Source of the DNA: Nitrospirota bacterium
Lineage (GTDB): Bacteria; Nitrospirota; UBA9217
Assembly (NCBI GenBank): GCA_963845065.1
Contig: CAWJQQ010000001.1
Coordinates: 832,001-896,000, forward strand
Direction of reading: 5' to 3'
DNA: 64,000 bases
A program made the position numbers and the translations under genes. The notes beneath the pieces are model-generated. The model was given only the letters and a program-made list of their open reading frames with translations. It did no database searches and was not told the DNA's origin. Below, in pieces: positions 20,780 to 29,225 of the stretch (positions within the stretch are counted from its first letter, which is position 1; the number at the start of each line of letters is the position of its first letter).

Positions 20780-21069
20780 ATGAAGATGTTTGTCATTGTA
20801 TATTCGCGGTGGCTGGACAAGAACGTGATCGAGGCCGTTACAAAAAGCGGCGTTAAGGCATATACCAAGTGGAGTAACGTTTCAGGTTGCGGCACTGAAA
20901 CTGAGCCTAAAATGGGATCATGCCCTGGTTCGGGCAAAACGATATCCTGACTGTCGTTATTAACACCGAAGAGGCCGCCATGGTCAAAGAGGCCGTAATG
21001 AATTTAAGGAAAGATCATCCGCGGGCGGGCGTGAGATGCTTCGTAGTGCCCGTGGAGGAAATGATATAA
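20780..21069 (+). pseudogene. P-II-like (PG0541-type) small protein, frameshift near 20940
   Basis: MKMFVIVY..GVKAYTKWSNVSGCGTETEPKMG then a shifted frame DILTVVI..GVRCFVVPVEEMI*; GGAGG RBS. Confidence 0.65.
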
Positions 21070-21275
21070 GCCGGCAGCGGCTGACAATCGGAAATGGAGG
21101 CGACAACGCGTTCCGAAACACGAATGAGGAAACAGAGAGCATCGTTAGGAGAGGTATGATACATCGGTACCATTATGAACGCCATGAGTTTATGATACCC
21201 ATATCAGAAATAACCGGATAACACTGCAACCGGAAATTCGTAGTTCTCAAGAAGGACTCTACAGGAACCGATCAA

Positions 21276-21334
21276 GCCCAACCTGCAGCTCGACACCAGC
21301 GGGCTGCGCCCGGTGGGTCAGCCGCGCGTTCATA
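21276..21334 (+). other. attC-like site (59 bp)
   Basis: GCCCAAC-CTGCA-GCT(C)GAC...CGGGC-TGC-GCCCG...GTCAGC-CGCGC-GTTCATA; extrahelical base in the L box, 5-bp spacers. Confidence 0.72.
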
Positions 21335-21755
21335 TGCAATTTCCAACCCGAACTTGTTGATTGTTTCAATCAATGAGAACTACAGAATTGTAGGTGAATC
21401 TCGCAGAGATCTTGATTTGATTGAAGTGAAGAATAAAAAAGGATTGAGACGACATCTTCACGTCGTACTCAATCCATAATTCAAGAAGCCCGGAGCGGCA
21501 GGATGTTGGCCGATGATCTCTATATATAGGGTAATGCTTCGGTGAGTGGTTTTCGGTGAAAGCCTGAAGTGAGTAGATTATGGAGTGCACAGACTGTCTC
21601 GGTCTGATTATCGTAAAACCAGTGTGATTTTCTTTATTCGTGCATACAGAAGTGATCGCCCATCCACGCGCAGGCCAAACGGGAGCGTTGACCGCGCGGA
21701 TGATAGCCGCGGGATTACACACGAGAAACACGTAGTGAATCAGGATCGTCGAATC

Positions 21756-22850
21756 CTATCCTGCGCGTGCCAATTGTTGATACGGCAGAGAGATATAAAG
21801 CACTTTGAGTGAGCCGCCGCAGCTCCCACAGGTCGGACGGGGCAATGGCTGCATCTGTTCGATTTCGGACATTGCTACCTCGAATCCGTAAGCCAGTTCA
21901 ATCAGCGTCCTGATGTTTTCAAGCGGGACCTTGCATGCGGCGTTCAGAAAGCCGTAATACCGCACCTTCATGAACCCCGTCGGCAGCACGTGCTGGAGGA
22001 ACCGGCGCATAAACTCCATCACATCCAGGATCAGTATCCTCCAGCGGTTGCTCCCAGTCTTTTTGTAACGAATGAAGACCTGGCGGTTCTCGACTTTCAC
22101 AATACGGTTGTTGGACAAGGCTACCCGGAAGACATAGGGGGCAAGATACTTGAGGCTCGCCTCGCTTGAACCGATAGCCTGGGAGTTCACATTCCAGTCC
22201 ATTCGCCATACTTCGTCGGGTATTTGATCAAAAAGACTGGCTTTTTTCATTTCTTCTTTAAACTTCGCCCGGAAGATAGGAGACAACGCTTCGACCGGCA
22301 CATAGAAGCCGATCCCTGAAGGCTTCCAGATCTTGTTATCAGACGAGAGTGCTCCACCCACGACGATATAGTGGATATGGGGATGATACTCAAGCGTTCT
22401 GCCCCAGGTGTGCAGAACCCCGAAGAAGCCTGGCAGATCGCCGCCCATGAACTTGGGATCGAGAACCAGCTTTTTCATGGCTTCGGAGGAAGCTGAAAAC
22501 AGGGCAGCGTAAGCTGCCCGCTGATTGCCCCTGACGAACCGGCGAATTTGTTCCGGCACCGTGAAGGTAATCATGAAGTGGTGCCCCGGCACACGCCGAT
22601 CAAGCTGTTTTTCGAGCCACTGCCTTGTCTTGTGGTGCTGACAGGTAGGACAGTGGCGATTGCCGCAGGAGCGGTGAATCGCGTGGCGTTCCCCGCACGA
22701 TTCGCACTGGAAGAAGGTCGTTCCAGAGGCTGGGGTGCGGCAGTTGATAATCGCGGTTATCGCCTTACGATGTTCCCCAGGGATAGCGTCACCAAACCGC
22801 GACAGGTACTCCTGTGCATAGATGCGGAAGATGTCATTGATCGTATCCAT
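21756..22850 (-). CDS. IS91-family rolling-circle (Y2 HUH) transposase
   Basis: Zn domain CRT..CESC..SCGNRHCPTC; LHTWG..HPHIH; YLAPY; FLQHVLP.GFMKVRYYG. Confidence 0.93.
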   Translation of the reverse strand: MDTINDIFRIYAQEYLSRFGDAIPGEHRKAITAIINCRTPASGTTFFQCESCGERHAIHRSCGNRHCPTCQHHKTRQWLEKQLDRRVPGHHFMITFTVPEQIRRFVRGNQRAAYAALFSASSEAMKKLVLDPKFMGGDLPGFFGVLHTWGRTLEYHPHIHYIVVGGALSSDNKIWKPSGIGFYVPVEALSPIFRAKFKEEMKKASLFDQIPDEVWRMDWNVNSQAIGSSEASLKYLAPYVFRVALSNNRIVKVENRQVFIRYKKTGSNRWRILILDVMEFMRRFLQHVLPTGFMKVRYYGFLNAACKVPLENIRTLIELAYGFEVAMSEIEQMQPLPRPTCGSCGGSLKVLYISLPYQQLARAG

Positions 22851-22852
22851 GA

Positions 22853-24180
22853 TTACAACCCCACCATGATCTGGTCGATGAGCTTGAAGGCGTCATCCTG
22901 AACCTTGGTGTCAGATGGAGATAAATCATCGTGGATTCAAGGCTGGAGTGGCCCATATACCGCTGGATGACGCGCAGATTTACGCCGGCTTCAAGCAGGT
23001 GGGTTGCGTAGGCGTGGCGCCTATGCCGCATGCGGAATAGTCGACACTATTCCGAGTCCCGGACTATGCCGAGTTAGATGGGAGCCAAGTTGCGTACAGC
23101 CAAATATTGCTGCATAGAACATGAATAGTACTCACAAATCACTCGGCATAGTTTTATTGGGCTTTGCAGATTGTTGAGGAAGCCAAGGATTTGGTCCCCG
23201 CTCGATACCGACTGAATTTGCCATTCAGTGGTTTCGTGCCCACTTCGCAAACCCAGCAATGTAAGCCGACAGTGGACCCACTAACCGCCTTGAAAGAATT
23301 ACGTCATCATTGACAATGCACTTCGTAGTCGACTCCTTTCTTGCAATAAGATTTACTTACAGGGGTCAAACTATGCCGAGTGAGTGTGGTTTACAAGTCG
23401 AAAAACGTGGGCTGAAGGAAATTACCTGGTAATAGTCCGGGACTCGGAATAGTGGCGTAGCGTGTGAACGGAGACATCACGTTTCTGAATACCCGCCGCG
23501 CGTATTGCGCTCCGAAGGGCCCCCTGCACCGTGCCGATGGTAATCGGGACCTGAATGTCCGAGCCATCTTTGTATATGCCCCGTGAGGGAAAAATCAAGC
23601 GTGGGTTTTTGTGAGTTGACCAATGCTTCCGCAAAAGCTCATATGTTGCATGGGGAAGCGGAACATAGCGGTCCTTTGCGCCTTTCCCCCGGTGGACGTG
23701 TATCATCATACGGTGTTTATCGATGTCCGAGACTTCGAGGTACAGTGCTTCCCGGAGTCGGAGGCCGCAGGAATAGACCGTGGCGAGGAAGGCGTGGTTG
23801 CGAGGAGACGTGACGCGGGACAGGATCGAGCGCACCTCTTCGGTACTGAGCACAGTCGGAAGTCGGTGCTCACGCTGAGGCCGGATCATACTCAGTATAT
23901 GCCAGTCTCGGCGTAGGACGTTCTCAAAAAAGAAACGGATGCCGGCATAGCAGATACCCATGGTGTTAGGCGCCCACTTGCGGACGTTTCTGCAATAGAG
24001 GAAGTATTCCTGAAGCTCTTCTTCGGTGATGAGATCGGGGGATTTGTTGTCGAAATGCTCAATGAGCAATCGGACCGCACGTGTGTAATTTGCCTGCGTT
24101 CGATCGCCCTTACCACTCAGTTGCAGGGCTTCTTTGGACTTCTCGTACCAGTTTTCCATAGCCATACTGTCCTTGTGCAA
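22853..24180 (-). pseudogene. Tyrosine recombinase interrupted at HTLRH|AYATH by a 438-bp insert, plus a frameshift near 22910
   Basis: YSCGLRLRE, GKGAKDR, VHTLRH (24180-23452) continues as RHAYATHLLEAG..MGHSSLESTMIYLHL (23019 downward). Confidence 0.9.
23020..23457 (-). mobile_element. Internally deleted RIT-like element
   Basis: Perfect 23-bp IR 23045-23067/23432-23454; inner 16-bp IR 23139-23154/23368-23383; repeated CTAT(G/T)CCG motifs; GTGGCG repeated at 23014-19 and 23452-57. Confidence 0.78.
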
Positions 24181-24525
24181 TAAGATTGAACTGCATTGGA
24201 GAGGTATGGTAGCATGATTATTATTCAGAGAACATCAGACAAGGCAGGTGTAGTAGAAGGATTTTGGTCTTGCATTTCTGCCGCGGAGCGGCTTACTTGA
24301 ATATCGATTATAAGTTATAGTGCAATGTCCTTTGTGAATCATGCACTTTTTTTATATGCATGGATATGCAAAATATATCTTGAATTGTTTACATAAGATT
24401 TGCTCGTTCGAGTTTCGCATGGTGAATGGGTGATAGAGGTTGTAATTCCTACTGATCACTCCGAATAAACTTGGATGGAACGTAACGACTCCATACAAAT
24501 AAATGAGTGGGTAAATTTACATTTC

Positions 24526-24559
24526 AAAGAAGGGGTTTGGATAACCAAGCCCCTTCTTT
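24526..24559. terminator. Intrinsic terminator-like hairpin downstream of selC, inside the island end
   Basis: AAAGAAGGGGTTTGG-ATAA-CCAAGCCCCTTCTTT. Confidence 0.65.
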
Positions 24560-24573
24560 CTATGGACCGCTAT

Positions 24574-24617
24574 ACGGTATGAGTAATTTAAGGCAGATTA
24601 ATTATAAGTAATTGATA
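24574..24617. promoter_or_regulatory. Arm-type repeat and IHF-consensus site at the tRNA-proximal att
   Basis: ACGGTATG 24574-24581; TATCAATTACTTA on the minus strand 24605-24617. Confidence 0.6.
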
Positions 24618-24631
24618 TTTAACAAAAAAAT

Positions 24632-24730
24632 TGGCGGGAGAGCATGAGAATCGAACTCACCTTTCCTGACCAAAGCCAGGAAACAGCGGATTTGAAGTCC
24701 GGGACGGGCACCAGCTCCGTAACCTCTCCC
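24632..24730 (-). tRNA. selC: tRNA-Sec (anticodon UCA)
   Basis: GGGAGAG/CTCTCCC acceptor, GGA-CTTCAAA-TCC anticodon arm, long variable arm TTTCCTGGC-TTTG-GTCAGGAAA, GTGAG-TTCGATT-CTCAT T-arm, GCCA end; selA and selB in the window. Confidence 0.95.
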
Positions 24731-25780
24731 TTGTTGTTTATATAATTATTGCATATTATCAAACGCTTAACTTTTTCACTTTATCTCACCGAGTATGTTA
24801 CAGTCCTGCCGAGATACATTATGGTCGCCTCCGAGTACACATATATGTTAAGATCGACTGTTTTCGTACAGTATAGCATAAATACATGATAATGCATGTC
24901 TTTATCATTTAACTACTGGTGGCATAAGCTCTTTACCTAATGCTGCATTTTGGTGTTGTCTACTCTAAATTCGGAAGGATTACATTATGACAGTTACAAA
25001 AATAGATACAATTTTGGTTTGACTTTAGACTCCTGTCTCCGGTCGTTTTTGCATAACTTTTTCTGATGCTTCCTTCAAGTTTAATTCACTTCTCGAAAAA
25101 GTTGAATAAAAAATGGACCATATTTATAAGGGAATAAAACCATCAACATTCTTATCACCGTTTTGTTGGGTTAAAAAGAGATATTACAAGCTTTAGCTTT
25201 GTTATTAAAGTCGCCTCGTTTAATAAAAAGTAGAATTTTATGCGTTCGGCACTCCTTATTGAAAATTAATTTATTCTACACGAATTGTACTTATTTGAGA
25301 ACAACAAAAGAAGAAGGGGTGCACTTCAAAAAAATTAAATATCTTGAATACTCATCTGTCGAAAAGCGTTTCAAAATGATTTCTTTCATGAAAAGTCAAA
25401 AGAATATGAATTGTCGTAATAAATCTCCGATTAAAGAATCCTACCTCAGAATAGTCATTGGGACCATTAAATGTTTGAGAGCGAGTACAGGACACACGCC
25501 AGGCCTACCTTACAACGAACGACTTGTTGATGAAAAGAAGGAACAAAAAAGATTGCGATCAGTGATTTTGCCAGTATTCATGGCGCCCCCCTACGATAGG
25601 ATCCATTGGGAAAAAAATTAAACCTAGAAGTTTTTTTAAGAGAAGATTGTTCCGTTGTTTTGTCTTTCTTACTATTTATTTTAATTCAACGTTGAGACAA
25701 TAATGCTCACTATGTTATGCTTATATTATTATAGTACGAGGTATCGTCATTCCTTATGAAGCCTGTGATACAATAGAGGA

Positions 25781-27687
25781 ATGGATGTCTTAAAAAACAA
25801 GTCAATCCAGCTCAAGAGCCCGCAAAGCCGGCTAATAATAGCAATCATACTCATCAGCGCGTCCTTTTATATTTGGCAAGTATATACGACTCGTCCCGCC
25901 CTTGAGCGTTTTACGATTTCCTATAGTCAGTTTATGGAGCAGCTCAACGCATCAAACATTAAATCCGTATCCATCTACAAACTACGGGTGAACGGTGAAT
26001 TTATAAAAAAAAGGATGTTACCCTCACCGGTTCAACAAAACCCATTTTGGTTCAGTATTTCCTGACTTATCTCCCAACCTTCCAAGGGGATGACCTTTTA
26101 AGCCAGCTTAGCACGAAAAAAGTCTCCATTACCATCGAGTCGCCGGAGGAAGGCTCGCCAATTTTGGGTTTTGTGCTGAGCATGCTTCCCTGGGTGGTCA
26201 TACTCGGATTCTGGTTTTTTATGATGCGCCGCGCACAGCAGATCCAGGGCGGAGCGGGCGGGCTCTTTACCTTTGGCCAGAGCAAGGCCAAGCTGTATGA
26301 CGTCAAACGGCCCAAAGTGACGTTCAGGGACGTTGCAGGTCTTGATAACGTGAAGCGAGAACTCATGGAATCCATCGAGTTCCTGAAAGATCCTGCGAAA
26401 TTTGAAAAGATCGGAGCTAAGGTACCGAAGGGCGTTCTCCTGATCGGACCGCCCGGCACGGGTAAGACATTGCTTGCGCGGGCCTCTGCCGGAGAGGCGG
26501 GCGTTCCGTTTTACAGTATCAGCGCATCTGAGTTTATCGAGATGTTCGTCGGCGTCGGTGCGTCGAGGGTTCGCGACATGTTCAAGAAGGCGCGAGGTAC
26601 TCATCCTAGCATCATCTTCATCGACGAGATTGACGCCGTGGGGCGGACGCGGGGCGCGGGATTCGGTGGAGGACATGACGAACGGGAACAGACATTAAAC
26701 CAGCTTCTGAGTGAAATGGACGGGTTTGACCCCCATGAAGAGGTCATTGTCATGGCAGCGACGAATAGGCCCGACGTCCTTGATCCGGCTCTGCTGCGGC
26801 CCGGCCGATTCGACAAACATATCGTCGTTGATCGGCCGGGATGGAAGGAACGCAGGGCAATCCTCGAAGTCCACGTTAAGAAAAAGTTCCTTGCTGAGGA
26901 CGTGAATCTCGATACCGTTGCCCGGGGAACGCCGGGCATGACCGGCGCCGATCTCGAGAACCTCGCTAACCAGGCTGCCCTCGTGGCGCTTAGGAAGAAC
27001 CAAACGGTCATCCACATGAGCGACTTCGAGGATGCCCGAGACACACAACTTATGGGCATCGTGCGCGAAGAGACGATCACGGACAATGAAAAGAAGATCA
27101 CCGCATACCACGAAGCAGGGCATGCCCTCGTGGCCCGGGAGCTACCGGGTACGGATCCGATCTACAAGGTGAGTATAATTCCGAGGGGGATGGCTATGGG
27201 CGTCACGCAGCTTCTGCCCGAAGAAGACCGGCATTATTATCCCCGAACCTACCTCATGAACAAGCTAAGTGTCGCCCTCGGCGGAAGAAGCGCAGAGAAG
27301 ATCGTATTCAACGATGTGAGCAGCGGCGCTCAGAGCGATTTGAAAGAAGCTACATCTCTTGCAGAGAAGATGGTGGCCCAGTGGGGCATGAGCGATAAGG
27401 TTGGGCCGGTAAACCTCGGTAGAGGCGAAGAGCACCCCTTTCTTGGAATGGAACTCGCGCAGCCTAAGCGCTATAGCGATGAAATGGCCTGGATCATGGA
27501 CCAGGAGATCCAGCGGTTGATCAAGGAAGCTGAAAACACTGCCATGGAAATCCTCACGAAGAACCGGATCATGCTCGATCCCCTTGCGAATGCACTCATG
27601 AAGGAGGAAGTCCTCGACAAGGCGGAGATCGAGCGCATCATCGCTGAGGCGAAGAACAAAGGGGCGCCGGAAAAAACTCGCGCTTGA
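25781..27687 (+). CDS. ftsH: FtsH protease; frameshift near the poly-A run at ~26010 separates the N-terminal part
   Basis: TM1 + [10 protein letters not shown] in ORF 25781-26065; TM2, [19 protein letters not shown] in 26047-27687. Confidence 0.88.
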
Positions 27688-27841
27688 CCTGCAATCGATC
27701 CAAAAAAATTGACATACTTGAAGGGTTGCTATCGTGGGTGGACTAAGCGTTGTCGGCTGATATCTGATATTCTCTATATTAGGATGATGTTAAGATTCTT
27801 CTTCGTAAGTTATGAATATAATATGTGAAAGGATGTAGACC

Positions 27842-28303
27842 ATGGTATACGTGAAGCGTATTCTGGTTGTTAGCAGAATGACGAAATTCTGTAAGAATGC
27901 CGTTCATTACGGCGTATCAATAGCTAAACGAGATGGGGCTAAGCTGTCCGTTATTCATGTAATACATGATCTCTTCGGGATTGAAGGATGGAACCTACCA
28001 CTTCCGAACCTGGAAAAGGACTATCAGAACCTTCTCAAAAAGGAACGACAGGAGCTGGATACAATCATCGAGAACGAAAATTGGCACGGCATGCAGATCG
28101 ACGTTATCTTCCGAGAGGGCGAACCGTCAGCGGGAATATTGACGGTATTAAAAGAAAGGAATATCGATCTCCTCATCATGTTCGCTCATGAGGAAGGCCG
28201 CTTGGAACACTTCCTGTTTGGTAAGAACAACAGCGAACTGGTGCGTCGAATGCCCTGTTCGATCTTCCTGGTTAAAAAGGAGCCGCAAACTGCTGCATTC
28301 TGA
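27842..28303 (+). CDS. Universal stress protein
   Basis: KRILVVS, LSVIHV, REGEP, IDLLIM, LFGKNNSELVRRMPCSIFLVK. Confidence 0.88.
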   Translation: MVYVKRILVVSRMTKFCKNAVHYGVSIAKRDGAKLSVIHVIHDLFGIEGWNLPLPNLEKDYQNLLKKERQELDTIIENENWHGMQIDVIFREGEPSAGILTVLKERNIDLLIMFAHEEGRLEHFLFGKNNSELVRRMPCSIFLVKKEPQTAAF

Positions 28304-29225
28304 ATGGGACGCGGAAATTGCGATCAGGTAGATAAAAAGCGGGATATTGGTTTTTTCGACCTGACTTTACGACTTATTTTGAAACACTTAGTCAGCGCGT
28401 CCAGCAGGGCGCCGCTGAAGAGTTCCAGCCCCTCTTTGGCAATGCTGAAGGCAAAGATGGATATGTCGGTCTTGAGGTCAATCCCCAGCTGGTGCACAAT
28501 ACACACGGTACGGTGCAGGAAACCAATCGGTTGTGTGACGCGCTGAACCGGACCTGGGGTTCTGGCAACAATCAATGAGGCTACCGGCAATCCAGTGACT
28601 TATCAGCGAAGGAATGAGCTTCAACGTGATGCTGCACTTTGGATTGAAGTGTTATCGGCGCGTGGTGGAAGCATAAATCGTCGCGATCGAAGTGTGCAAA
28701 GCTCATAGGAAGCCCGTAAAGTATTTAGCTTCGGTGGCAAGTTTCCTTGTAAACCATATTAATATGCTTATGCATTTACTACTGGAAAAACTCACGGTAA
28801 TAGATGTCAAGAAGGCAACCCTCGCAAAAAAAAATACGAGGCCAAGCTACAATTGCCAGCGCGAAGATATCCTATCAAATTTACGAAGAGACTTTCGGCA
28901 GCGACTGGTTTAGGAAACTGTCTGCTAAGAATGCTTGTGTCCAGCGGCTGCGTTGGGCCAGCACCTGCACCAAGAATCAGTAATGTAAATATGTTGAGGC
29001 TCTTATCGAATTGAACACGGTCAATTCGACCCCGGTTAAAAGCCCTCGGCGCCTATCGCGACCATGGAGAGCAGAAAACGTGGCTTGAACAAGATGTCAA
29101 AAAAGTCCGCTTTGTGTTGGGGCGACTGCCAGAAGAGTCATCAGCATCGAGAATGTGACATGGCAGCTTGAGAACGAAAGAATCGAAAAATTTAACAAGT
29201 CATTCGATCAACTAATGAGAGAGTC

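Larger units (their letters stand above)
21332..24299 (-). mobile_element. IS91-family element with tyrosine recombinase + Y2 transposase
   Basis: Minus strand starts CAAG-TAA-GCCGC-TCC-GCGGC (terIS-like hairpin) and ends GGTTGGAAATTGCATAT followed by target-like GAAC; no TSD. Confidence 0.75.
354..24658. mobile_element. Genomic island integrated at tRNA-Sec
   Basis: 29-bp direct repeats of the tRNA 3' end enclose IS elements, an intron, TA modules and cassette-like genes. Confidence 0.88.

Noticed and set aside
23074..23259. 61-aa ORF inside the RIT remnant as a functional gene
   Set aside because: It is a chimera of a recombinase tail fragment and the terminal repeat.
22853..24180. Integron integrase IntI
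   Set aside because: It is short, lacks the IntI-specific insertion, and is coupled to an IS91 transposase.
24632..24730. G-G mismatch at the eighth acceptor pair as a novel tRNA-Sec fold or an integration scar
   Set aside because: Both att copies carry the same base, and I recall similar mismatches in other bacterial tRNA-Sec genes; not distinctive.
25199..25621. 140-aa ORF in the AT-rich gap
   Set aside because: TTG start, no RBS or motifs; probably spurious or decayed.
28304..29200. Short ORFs between usp and pgm
   Set aside because: Overlapping ORFs on both strands with no recognisable family or RBS.
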